Part shown: positions 12,458-22,192 of the stretch, piece after piece
How positions within the stretch are numbered: the stretch's first letter is position 1
How the letters are laid out: every line of letters starts with the position of its first letter
Assembly: GCA_000934665.2 (NCBI GenBank)
Contig: JYFJ02003348.1
Coordinates: 1-43,129, forward strand
Source: Catajapyx aquilonaris
Taxonomy: Eukaryota
Direction: 5' to 3'
DNA length: 43,129 nucleotides
The notes under the pieces: generated by a model
Told to the model about the DNA's origin: nothing
The model's input: only the letters and a program-made list of their open reading frames with translations
The model's database searches: none
Position numbers and translations under genes: made by a program

Positions 12458-13649
12458 GAGGATAGACGCCAAGAGGGGTAAAAGCAGTACCGGATTATTA
12501 TTATTATTTACATAATTATTTACATCATGATTTTTCCCTTTAAATATATGGCTGACTACAGCAGTTACATGGAAATGTCATGATGATGTGTAAATTATCA
12601 ATAAGTTACAAATTATTAAATTTGGCAAATAAATAGCACCCTGGGTGTGCAAAAGTTACCTGCTCCTAGGAAAGGATTGATTAGCTCTGGTACCATATAA
12701 GCAGTGTTTTAAAACTTGGCCATGAATGAGTGACTGAATGAATGAGTGTGATCATTGCTTTCAAGCAGCCCTAAAGTCGGCTCCACACTGGCTTATTTTC
12801 TCGCAAGGAAACATCCAACGAACTTTCCCGCTATTCCTTCCTCATCCACTTTTCCCTATGTGCGCTCCACAAGGACATTAGGAAAGAAATCGGTTGGGGG
12901 GGCGACTTTTCCAACATCTGGTCAGTAGCCACCCTGCTAGTGGGAGCACAGTCTCTGCGGGCTGACCCTGACAAAGTGTGGCCAACGGGAGAGTACTGAG
13001 CAAGCGCAGAGGGAGGAACCAATGGGGATTGGGTGACTCACATGGATTCTCGCAGAGAACTAGAGATAGGTCTAAATTTTCAAGTCCGCACGTGACATCA
13101 TGATTTGAATAGGAGAAACGCTCCACAATGCCTCAGTTTCTCGCAACATGACTTTTCCAAGTGAGAAAATAAGCCAGTGTGGAGCCGGGTGAACAAATTC
13201 TCACCAACATAAAATATTCCTACTAGTGGAGGAGTCAGAATGACTTGGTCCAATATCACCTTCTTTACAACTGTCCTTCCAGCTGTTCCAATAAAGGTTC
13301 GATCAAGCCACTGGTACCTAAAAATGCAGGTAAATATTAGCTGGACGCTATGAAGAAAATAATCAATCTCTTCACATACCATTTGTAAAAAATCGGGGAA
13401 AACACAGCTCCAACTAGGGCATAACGCAAAAAACTGGTTTTATCATAAGGCAAGGGATCTCCTTTCATCTGAAAAATAATTAGCCTATGTACTTCCTAGA
13501 ATAATGAATTGATGCAATTTACTTACATATAATTTTCTTGTCATTGTCTGTTGAGTAAACTCAGCACCAACTGCCAATGAACTGTATGCTATGGCATTGG
13601 CAGCAAAAGGGTACGTCCTACACAACCTTCTTAGTGTTGAGTAGGCCAT
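5510..13649 (-). CDS. Mpv17/PMP22 family membrane protein (Mpv17-like), 3' partial
   Basis: Coding exons 13649-13527, 13468-13380, 13317-13205 and 5580-5510, all GT-AG and phase-compatible: MAYSTLRRLCRTYPFAANAIAYSSLAVGAEFTQQ...FYKWYQWLDRTFIGTAGRTVVKKVILDQVILTPPLVGIFYVGMSIMEGKDDYFEELQEKGFITFA. WYxWLD and KKVxLDQ are Mpv17/PMP22 hallmarks. The terminal exon (FWxPAQxxNF) was not found and presumably lies left of the window. Likely 5' UTR intron 14613-13666. Confidence 0.88.
5918..6118 (-). mobile_element. tRNA-derived SINE, family C (partial)
   Basis: Shares the head (ACCGAAGCAG...GGATAAGG..CTGCTAATCGGGAGGTCCTGGG) and body with the copy at 6760-7179. Confidence 0.65.
6252..6427. mobile_element. 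Tigger/pogo-type MITE
   Basis: TIRs CAGTTGAATCCAGATATAACAG / CTGTTATATCCGGATTCAACTG, preceded by TA. Confidence 0.75.
6760..7179 (-). mobile_element. tRNA-derived SINE, family C
   Basis: Minus-strand A box (TGGTGGAGTGG) and B box (GGTTCTAGTCC), CTGCTAA anticodon-like loop, (CAA)n tail, flanking TAGTATTA direct repeat. Confidence 0.7.
7427..8166 (+). mobile_element. Degenerate Tc1/mariner transposon
   Basis: TA|CAGGGTGGGAGGAAAGTAAC ... GTTACTTTCTGCCCACCCTG|TA; eroded WPPxSPDLTPxDFFLWG..KxxVY motif at ~7825-7905. Confidence 0.8.
8210..8773. mobile_element. hAT (Charlie/Buster-like) MITE with a nested SINE
   Basis: TIR CAGTGGTTCCCAACCT / AGGTTGGGAACCACTG; perfect 8-bp TSD CATTAAGA (8202-8209, 8774-8781). 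Confidence 0.9.
8373..8658 (-). mobile_element. tRNA-derived SINE, family B
   Basis: A box TGGCGGAGTGG, B box GTTCGATCCC, (ATT)n tail, 12-bp TSD GAAAATTCCCTC (8361-8372, 8659-8670). Confidence 0.85.
9060..9842. mobile_element. Two inverted fragments of a Ginger/KRBA2-SCAND3-like integrase transposon C-terminus
   Basis: Minus strand 9061-9252: VVVRIPKVDRGCLAPRNVLSVVVDVNASGLYKLGTKEGII. A plus-strand decayed copy at ~9510-9840 continues into a Cys-rich tail (CSCKK...KKCKCRSSNTKCNSKC). Confidence 0.6.
9866..10103. mobile_element. MITE
   Basis: Imperfect TIRs GAGGCAGATTCCAAAGTCCC / GGGACATTGGAATCCTGCCTC. Confidence 0.5.
10599..11536. mobile_element. Tc1/mariner-derived palindromic non-autonomous element
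   Basis: TA|CAGGATCACTGAAAAAGAATGTCCCAATTT ... AAATTGGGACATTCTTTTTCAATGACCCTG|TA; the transposase 3' end is present in both orientations (10698-10931 minus, ~10985-11200 plus with PPRSPYLTVTDFF). Confidence 0.8.
11241..11465. mobile_element. hAT (Charlie/Buster-like) MITE
   Basis: TIR CAGTGGTTTCCAACCT / AGGTTGGAAACCACTG; perfect 8-bp TSD CATTAAGA (11233-11240, 11466-11473). Confidence 0.9.
12026..12457 (+). mobile_element. tRNA-derived SINE, family A
   Basis: Head GGCGGAGTGGTGCTG..., B box GGTTCTATCCC, (ATT)n(ACT)n tail, TSD GAGGATAGA (12017-12025, 12458-12466); homologous to copies at 18.2, 25 and 33.8 kb. Confidence 0.88.
12775..13190. mobile_element. PIF/Harbinger-like MITE
   Basis: 25-bp perfect inverted repeat CGGCTCCACACTGGCTTATTTTCTC / GAGAAAATAAGCCAGTGTGGAGCCG; TAA/GAA flanks. 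Confidence 0.7.
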
Positions 13650-13964
13650 ATTTACTTGTTAAATCCTGTGGACAAGGAATTTTTGAGATTAATGTATATA
13701 CTTTTCTGTAAATATGAAAATCCTTATGAAATTCGAGTGATTATTAAATGAATTTTCAGAACATAGCAAAGTTAAACTGATCTCTGACAATTACATGCAA
13801 CTACCTTTGTATGTGACTTGCCCTAGTTTTTACTGATCTTTTGGCAAAAAGAATCTGCAATGTTTCCCTTGCTGGTTCCTCTTAGAAAACCCTTGTGTAT
13901 GTCTCATCTTGGTGCCAGGTTGGTTGGGGGAGCCAAAGCAACACTAGCTGTCTGTCGGATTCTC

Positions 13965-14133
13965 CCATTTCACCCCGTATTCCAAAAATTGTTCTTCCAA
14001 AAAACTCACGCAAACACGAAAAGAACCTCTCTATACTCGATCCACATGAAAATCCTGTCCAACCAGGGATCAAACATGGGACCTCAGAGATGGAAGAATG
14101 GAAGACTGGCACTACTCACTACACCACCGTGAC
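13965..14133 (-). mobile_element. Decayed SINE, family B
   Basis: Similar to the head and body of 8373-8658 and 17920-18209. Confidence 0.55.
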
Positions 14134-15263
14134 ACCCACTGTAGTGCCAGGTCATTCAAAAATAAAAGGAATTTAAAAATAGGGCAGGAGCATGCTTGAA
14201 AGGATGATAATGGTGGATGAGACTGAGGGCTGTGTCACACACCTAGACTATTACTTGACCCTTACACAACACAACAATGCTATATGCCTTGGGAGTTCAA
14301 AAAAGAACTAACCACAGCCATTACTGGAATCAAAAGTCATGCAAAACCAGAGGCCATAAATCATTAAGTTATTGAATATGACGGCCCAAGAGGTGCTTCA
14401 AAAATGCATGTAGAGTTCCTGAATGAAGGTGCCATTGCAGGATGACCTACTGAAATATTTGTAATTAGAACAGGTGATTATGTGCCATCTTCTTGTAACT
14501 TACATTATTTTGTAACGTACCATTTTTGGAGTAATATTATTAGGGTACCGGTACATCTAAGAATGGGATCAACTATGGAAATTACAACTGACAGAATATC
14601 GGACGTAACTCACCACTCTTAATATAAATTCTGCAATCTCAATCGTGGTCTCAATGCAACAAGTTTCACTAGTTATTCATGCGCACTCACATTCTCACAA
14701 CTTGGTCACGTGAAAACCCAACTCCATACTACTTATGAATGCTGGGGCATACCCGAGGGTGGGAACTGGGTTTCTTTCCATATTTATGACTATATATATT
14801 ACTAAAACCAAAACTAAGGAAAATACCAGTCACAACCGCCAAACAGCTGACCACATGCTCGTAATCTCTCCCAGGGCCGTACCGAGACTGATGTATTGAT
14901 AACTTAAACCGATACTATCTCGTGTCTGACGACGATATTGGTAATTTTTCACCCATCTCGTTGCTTTCACCCGCTTTCACCTAACGTAAAACCCGTAAAA
15001 CCTAGAATGTTTCATAGCGCTTTTGAAGAAGCTTTAAATAAATCATTTTTGGCCGAATGTGGATTTTTACGGTTTTTGCACCAAACCCTTCAAAATTTTG
15101 CTGATTGCTTTTCATGCCAGAACTTTCTGTGCGTGAACTGCGAATTGATCGTTACGATTATGCAGAAATCTCTATTTAACTGGTAGTAGCGTATCAATAA
15201 GTAAAGTCAAACTATTATTAACTAAAAATGCCATGATTTGACGACAAAGTTTTAAAGGCCTCA

Positions 15264-15502
15264 AGGCCGCTTCACAAACTCGGCGTTGCGAAAGCGTGGC
15301 GTGTGGGCCTTCCGCTCATCGCACGCAGAAAGTCCACCCGATTGGACGCCAGCGCAACGCCCGCGCTCGGTCATCGCACGCAGCATTTGTGAATAGCCCT
15401 TCGCAAATTTTCCGCTCTCCGCACGCCCCGCTCGCGCAAATCCGGGTTTGTAAAACGGGCATTTCGCCCCGCTTTCGCAACGCCGAGTTTGTGAAGCGAC
15501 CT
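15264..15502. mobile_element. GC-rich PIF/Harbinger-like MITE between divergent promoters
   Basis: ~33-bp TIR AGGCCGCTTCACAAACTCGGCGTTGCGAAAGCG / CGCTTTCGCAACGCCGAGTTTGTGAAGCGACCT (1 mismatch); 3-bp TSD TCA. Confidence 0.85.
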
Positions 15503-15527
15503 TCACGCTGATTTGACGACAAAGTAA

Positions 15528-15546
15528 TTTCCGCCCAATATTTGAA
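15528..15546 (+). promoter_or_regulatory. E2F/CDE-CHR-like tandem element upstream of the ARL14EP-like gene
   Basis: TTTCCGCCC + 4-nt spacer + TTTGAA, just upstream of the inferred 5' UTR exon (ends 15776). Confidence 0.4.
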
Positions 15547-15844
15547 ACTCCCAGTGACAGCTATCAAAAGCAGCTTATAACTCCAAGCAGCTACGCTTTC
15601 GGTTGTCGTATTTGGCGATTGGCGTCTCTCCGTTGACCGTTGGCGACTTGGCGTCTGGTACTCTGGCCTGGCTTTGTCTGCTTCTGCTTTGTCTGGTGAA
15701 GAGTCCTTCGTGGTTCTTCTCTCCGTCACTTCACAGGGTCCTTCAGCACGCTTTTAACCCTAAGCACCTTAGTCAGGTGAGCAAAAATGGTTGAATATTT
15801 TTTCATGATGTCAGACTTTCCACATTGTGTCCTCTAGACGTAGG

Positions 15845-16527
15845 ATGGCTGAGGGCGGAAATGTGACCAAGGGCGGTAAGCCCGGTGTGGCTGTGACTCG
15901 GGCTGTGAAGACCGAGGACGAGGAAAGCAGCCAGGCCTCCTGTAGCAAGGATGCAACTCAGGTCTGGGCAAAAAACAAACCGACCGACAAACTTTGTCTT
16001 TTATAATGACAGATTTCGTCTCCACAGCTGGATGAAAGCATGAAGGTGCTGTCCCTGGCCAAGCGGCAGGCCAGGCGTAACACCCGTTTGGCCCAGCTGA
16101 TCAAGATGACCAACGAGTCGACCAACAAGTTTCTACAGAACTTTGACCCCGAGAAAAGCAACAGGGAGCGTAGGAAGCTGACACGGAAGATCTACACTGA
16201 GCCGTAAGTTCATGTCTGGTTAGGTTATTATTTCTGCAAATAATTCCCCTGTTTTCTTTATACCCCAGTTCTACTTCTTTTCCCAACAGTAAGCGCAATC
16301 CAACATTGTATGACGAGCGCGGCCGGCTGACCATCGCTGGCGGGCGTGACCTCTGCGACTGCCTGGAGCTGACCTGCCCTGGATGCTTCTTCCCGTGCCC
16401 CAAGTGCCGCTCGAACAAGTGCGGACACGAGTGCAGGAACGGCCGGAAGTGGGTCTACGAGCAGATCGAAAGCGAAGGATCGGACAAGGTCATCAAGAAT
16501 CCGTTCTTGTCTAAACTGCCAACTTAA
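15845..16527 (+). CDS. ARL14EP: ARL14 effector protein-like (ARF7EP_C domain), ~181 aa
   Basis: Exons 15845-15961, 16013-16203 and 16290-16527 (GT-AG, in phase). The C-terminus YDERG...DLCDCLELTCPGCFFPCPKCRSNKCGHECRNGRKWVYEQIE is the Cys-rich ARL14EP signature. 5' UTR intron 15777-15837; AATAAA at 16620-16625. Confidence 0.9.
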
Positions 16528-17038
16528 ATGTTGCCAGAATGGCAAACAACATGTATTATACGGATGTAACTACAACCTGGCCGCTCAGCGCCAGTCCTTT
16601 CTATGTATTCCAAGGATGTAATAAAACCAGTTGAAAGGTACCCATGCCATCCCTATTCTGTCAGTTTTTATCACGTGGTTTTTATTCAGGAAAATTCGGC
16701 GGCCATGTTCCGGTTTTAAGTCGCAGTGTTGCCAATCCAGGAGAGAAGCCATTTTGGAGAGGGGCATTTCCATTGTCCTGAGCACTTCAGCACTTACAGA
16801 GTCGCGTGGTCGTGGATAAGCGACGCCTGTTGAAGGCTTTAAGTTTTTGTCCGTTTTTCAAGTCCTTTTTCAAGCAGAAAATTCAGGTGTGGAAGGTAAG
16901 CTGACTACACTACATACTGCCACATGTGGTGTTAGAAGTTGGGGACACGAATCCTGGCTAAACTGTTTCTGACAGTGTGGGGGGGAAGTTGTATGCTTTG
17001 GAAATGATTAATTACTAATGGAGCGTTTCCCTTGTAGG

Positions 17039-17340
17039 ATGAGCCGGAAGGAGAAGCTGCAGGAATTTCTGGAGCAGATCAAGGGTCGGCCTGTGGTCGT
17101 GAAGCTCAACAGTGGCGTGGACTACCGAGGCATGTCGTCATTAACGAGAGGCTCTCGCATTGTTCTCATTGTTGTTTGCAATTATCCACAGGCGTGTTGG
17201 CATGTCTGGACGGTTACATGAACATCGCTCTGGAGCAGACTGAGGAGTACGTGAATGGTCAGCTCAAGAACAAGTATGGCGATGCCTTCATTCGGGGGAA
17301 CAATGTCCTGTACATAAGCACACAGAAGAGGAGGGTTTGA
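17039..17340 (+). CDS. LSM6: U6 snRNA-associated Sm-like protein LSm6, 79 aa
   Basis: Exons 17039-17129 and 17192-17340 give MSRKEKLQEFLEQIKGRPVVVKLNSGVDYRGVLACLDGYMNIALEQTEEYVNGQLKNKYGDAFIRGNNVLYISTQKRRV. Intron 17130-17191 is GC-AG. 5' UTR intron 16896-17037. Confidence 0.96.
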
Positions 17341-17919
17341 CTCCGACTGGAAATGTCAGCTTGTGTGAAAAACTGGAATCATGGAAAAGGACACTTTTGA
17401 TACGTTTGCAAATTATGTGTAATAAATAGTGTGTGAATATACTGTGGTGCTTATTGTTAAATCCAGTCACTATATTTTTTAGCAGAACATAATAATTTAT
17501 GACATATTACTCATTTCCTGGCAGTAGGTGTAATGCAACCCAGTTGCCAGACTTATAATTTTTTCCCTAAGTTGTGCTACTGTGTATTGGTCATAATAAC
17601 ACTACTCCCAATTATCCGACGACACCAGTGCAGCCATTAGCCCGGAATAGGAAAATGGTCCTAGGTAGCGTAAAAGTGAGCTGTTCAGAGGTTTTAAAAG
17701 AACTAGTGTACATACTGTATGCTAATTTAAATAATGTTTATTTAATCAAAATAATGAAAACTTCCCACACATGTTCTCGAAAAAGCATGCTATATTTCTT
17801 TGACAGGCAATTGACATTTTTTCACACTTTTCGTTTATTTTCTTGTGCTTTGGCGATGCACGGATAATAATCAGCACCTGGATAATCAGGAGTAGCCTAC
17901 AGTGTATATTAGTATTTTC

Positions 17920-18172
17920 GGGCGACACGATGGCGGAGTGGTTAGTGCCGCAGCCTTCCACCTCTAAGGTACTGAGTTCGATCCCCGGGTCGGACGGAGG
18001 ATACTTATGTGGATAGAATTTTGATGGGTTCTCTAAGTGTTCACGTGGGTTTTCTTGGGGTTCTCCTGTTTCCTCCCACAATCAAAATCCATCACAGCGC
18101 AGGCAATGATTAAAGACTGTTATTCAAAAGATGATCCCCTAAGAGGCCCAAGGAGGCTCATCACGGGGTATC

Positions 18173-18209
<37 letters not shown>
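17920..18209 (+). mobile_element. tRNA-derived SINE, family B
   Basis: TGGCGGAGTGG A box, GTTCGATCCC B box, (ATT)n tail; homologous to 8373-8658. Confidence 0.85.
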
Positions 18210-18210
<1 letters not shown>

Positions 18211-18229
18211 GAGTATGTCAGACAGGGGA

Positions 18230-18561
18230 GGGGAGGCGGAGTGCTGCTGCGGTAACGTATGCGCCCACGGATGTTAGGGTCCCGGGTTCGATGCCAGCCC
18301 AGGGACACCCCCTTCATCTCGTGCAGAGTTCAGGGTCACCTCTGGCTTCATCTCGGGTGGTATTTCCACAGACTAAATCACCCAGGGGAGTTCACTAAAA
18401 ATGGCCACAGCGTCAGATGCACTGCACCTTGCACATCCCCTCCTGTCATCCTGCCCGTGGGCCCGGGCTTTAATTAAATAGGCACCATGTACTGAACAAC
18501 TCAAAATACAATAAAGGTCCATGCGATATACCCGGGAAGGGGTGAAAGCATTGCCCACAAA

Positions 18562-18629
<68 letters not shown>
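18230..18629 (+). mobile_element. tRNA-derived SINE, family A
   Basis: Full length with a long (ATT)n tail and 14-bp TSD TGTCAGACAGGGGA (18216-18229, 18630-18643). Confidence 0.9.
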
Positions 18630-18630
<1 letters not shown>

Positions 18631-18714
18631 GTCAGACAGGGGATGCTTTTTGATGCTTTCCTCTGGCAAAAATATATTCAAGACAGGCTTTGATGAGAGT
18701 GCACAGTATACTTA

Positions 18715-18839
18715 GGGCCGGTTTCACCGAGCTCAGTATATGATAAAACCAGGGTATTTCTCAAAATCCCTATCTATTTGTATGGATTTTCCTAAAGAAA
18801 CCTGGTTTTATCATATACCAAGCTCGGTGAAACCGGCCC
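18715..18839. mobile_element. PIF/Harbinger (Tourist-like) MITE, 125 bp
   Basis: TTA|GGGCCGGTTTCACCGAGCT ... AGCTCGGTGAAACCGGCCC|TTA. Confidence 0.9.
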
Positions 18840-19143
18840 TTAGACAAAGATTTCATAAAGTATGAAAGTACTGGTTCCACATTTGTAACCTACCTTGTGG
18901 CAATATGCTCTTCTTTACAGTGCAAATGGTACCATCATTGAGATTTACTGACAGTCTGGAAGTCTACATACATCAACATGATGAAACCATGTGGTCGAGA
19001 CTAAGTTGTAAAGTACTTGCAACTTATTCTGTCACCTTTATTATATGATTTATAATTATATACTTGACTAGTATCAGACCCGTTGCCAAATTTTGGCAAC
19101 ACTGCTTGGCCCACCTCCCCAATTGGAAGTAGTACATTGTATA

Positions 19144-19321
19144 TACTGCCGTCAGATGTAAGAAGACCATAACTCAAAAACTGGTCAGGATGAAAGTCGC
19201 ATGCATAGGCCTTGCACTAATCCCCCTTGACTCGCAGAGGCGATTAGGCAGGGCATGCATGCGACTTTCACCCTTACTAGTCTTTGAGTTACCGTCTTCT
19301 TAATTACATCTGACGGCAGCA
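19144..19321. mobile_element. Palindromic MITE
   Basis: CTGCCGTCAGATGTAA ... TTACATCTGACGGCAG, with internal inverted similarity across the whole element. Confidence 0.75.
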
Positions 19322-19809
19322 TAGGCCCCTACCAGTAGTGTATATACATACATGTTGGTGATGAGTCGCCCATGCGGACAAAGCCCACCCGGGCGCTATG
19401 ACCAGCGTGTGTCTCACCTCCATTGGCGTAGGTCCCACCCTTTCTGACCGCTACATGTCCTCTATAAGTCTATAATATTGTTGAATGGGGAAAGTGAAAA
19501 ACTATGATAACTACTACCAAGCTCTTGCTACTACCTAGGCTAGGCGATGAGCGCTGTTGATGGACATATAAGCGGAAAGAGAGGATAAGGCTTTTAGGTA
19601 TATAGATTAAATACATTACAAAATACAACATCAGGACCTGAATACAATAACATCAATGGGAGAAAAAAAGGTTCTCTTCTCGCAATGTTATTTTACAAGG
19701 AGTGGAAACATACGTATATGAATGAAAATTATTGTGCTTCAGGTGGGTTTTGGCGCATATCGCTAAAATGTTTTGGGGGTCATCTACAGGGACGGTGTAA
19801 CAAGACCCC

Positions 19810-20331
19810 ATGCAGAAATTTTAAAGATGGGTAGGGGACCCCAAAACAAACATTTTTTTTACCAATGAACCCACCCTCTAAAATAATCACAAATTCACTT
19901 AAATCGATTACTTTGGTTAATATATGTCTGTAGTAACAGTTATGTGGTTGCTGTTACTCTACAGTAGCGTTGTCATGGTAGTGTTGACAATTAAGTACAG
20001 ACGTACAGTACTGTAGTAGTAGGCAAGTGGCTGGAGGACACTTTGAGCAGCTCCTTTGATTGCAGGTTTGGTCCAATAAAGGTGGTGGTGGGTTTCACGT
20101 TAGCGTTCATTGATTTGTGGTGGTGACGACCTTTTACAGTAGGCCTACTGTACTAAATTGTCTACACTACCATGACAGCGCTACTGTAGAGTAGCAACAA
20201 CCCCATAACTGTTACTACAGGCACTAACCAGTTATCGTTTTAAGTGGATTTGATGATTTTTTTAGAGGGTGGGTTCATTGGTCAAAAATGTTTGTTTTGG
20301 GGTCCCCTACCCACCTTTAAAATTTCTGCAT
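19810..20331. repeat. ~520-bp imperfect palindrome (foldback/MITE)
   Basis: ATGCAGAAATTTTAAAGATGGGTAGGGGACCCCAAAACAAACATTTT... mirrored by ...AAAATGTTTGTTTTGGGGTCCCCTACCCACCTTTAAAATTTCTGCAT; arms ~210 bp. Confidence 0.8.
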
Positions 20332-22192
20332 ATATTACATAGACAGGGAAAGGGAAAGGAGGGGGGAAAGGTGTCTTAAAATAATGTACAATAGGCCTAT
20401 ACATGAGTGAATGTCAAGAGGGTGGAGGGAAAATTCACAATCATCTACAACTCTACATGTAGCCATATTGGCACCACACCACTCCACCCAAATAATTTTC
20501 TTCCAACTAAATATTTGATCAACTTACGAAAGGGTTTAGAAGGATGACCCATAATTCCGTCATGCACAGGATTACAATATATATTGCAATATTAACTAGA
20601 ATATAATAATGCGTAATCAGGATAATGCATGGTGCCGCGTTGACATCATTGCATCCCAATGAGTGAGGTTTTAACATAATCTTTTAACAATTGGTGTCAA
20701 AAAATATATGGGACAGTATATGGCTTGTTGTAAATATTTTCACTACTGAGAAATGTTTAATTGAGTTGACCTATGTATTCCATTCAGCAGTAAATCTCAA
20801 GCAAATGGTTTACACCTTTGGCGACATGTGAATATTTATTAATTTATTTTTAAATATTGTTAAAGATGATAAATTCAGTTTACCTCCGCAGTGTCCAGTC
20901 AACAAAATATATTGGTCCAATTGACTTCCAGGATGTCCAGCACCGACTGTTTTTATAGTTTATTGAATTATCACTTCTACATGGTAGAAATTAACACACA
21001 TCCCTTTGATGCCCAGAACACAACAAGACTAATGTCCGATTTTCGGTCCTTTTCGGTCCATTGCACTGGGGAGAACCAGGGAGAACGTAAAGTAAGCATA
21101 ATTTATTTTCTCCTGACTGCTGTATAGCCTAATTCAAGTTCCACATGAGATATTTAAAATAGTGGGTTCTACTTGGTACCAATGTGCAGCAGTGAAATTT
21201 CTGCGTTTTATGGCTGCATGGTAAAGTGCGCGTTTCATTTCATTGCCATTGCTTTTTCGTACCTTCACGTGGAAAGAGACACATGTATACTGTACGCACA
21301 GTACAATCGATTGCTTTCAATTAGTTTGCCAACTTTCTGCCAGGAATAATAATAATAATTGTTTTTTTTTTAAAATATTCATCGTCCGATAAAAATTACG
21401 ATTATCGTATACCGGTATGGCTGCGAGCCTAATGGAATGATGCATCACAACGGTTCTGCTTTCTTTTTTATATGTCATTGTCCATGTGCTTACAGCGAGC
21501 GGTTGTGAATCTGTCGCGAAAGATAAGCGTGTTTAAAACGATAGCAAAGATAAGGGTCACATTTACGGGAATGCCTTGAGTGTCCAACCTTCTTTATCAT
21601 CGGAGAACTCGCTCGTGGCGTTGTGAAGGAAGATATTGCCAGGTCAGCTAATAGATTAGCTTTCTTCCTTATAACTGCACTTGCAATGTTTTACTTAGCA
21701 TAATTTTATCCACTGCAGTCTACTGCAATAACTGACAGTGGTTAAAATATCATAAATGATAACGGCATCACATTTGTCATTAACTAACTTTTCAATTTTG
21801 AAACATCTTCACCACAGTGTTTTTATGCACTGTATAGCAGCATGAACTCTGCATGCTTAATTATGTCGCAAAAATCAATTCTAGTTCATTTTCTTTTGTG
21901 ATATTCGCCAATCACTTACAGTTAAGCTGCCAAAGTTCAAGGCTGCACAGTAGCTATGCAGTGATAACCCAATAATAAAAATTCAATAGCAGATAGTCCC
22001 AACGTGGGCCACTACATACTGTTATAGACTCGAGTATGATAGTTTAGCAACATTTCAGTATTCACGCAAGAGGCTAATAGGCGTACTCAAAGAATATAGG
22101 ACATAATTATAATTATGACTCAGTCCCTGTACTGTAAGCCTATACTAATATTTCGCGTTTCTTAACTAAGTTATTTCTCTTCTAGAGGAGCC

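Noticed and set aside
12775..13190. GC-rich structured intronic segment with GGGAAAGTTC/GGAAAAGTC considered as intronic RNase P/MRP RNA
   Set aside because: It is bounded by 25-bp perfect TIRs typical of a MITE, and no complementary P4/CR-V motif was found.
15316..15729. 137-aa minus-strand ORF
   Set aside because: Spans a MITE and the antisense of a GC-rich 5' UTR; low-complexity product.
15755..15763. TAACCCTAA resembling a telomerase RNA template
   Set aside because: A 9-mer inside the spliced 5' UTR exon of the ARL14EP-like gene, with no supporting pseudoknot, H/ACA or Pol III features.
17920..18310. tRNA-like A/B boxes as tRNA genes
   Set aside because: They are heads of multi-copy SINEs with bodies, (ATT)n tails and TSDs.
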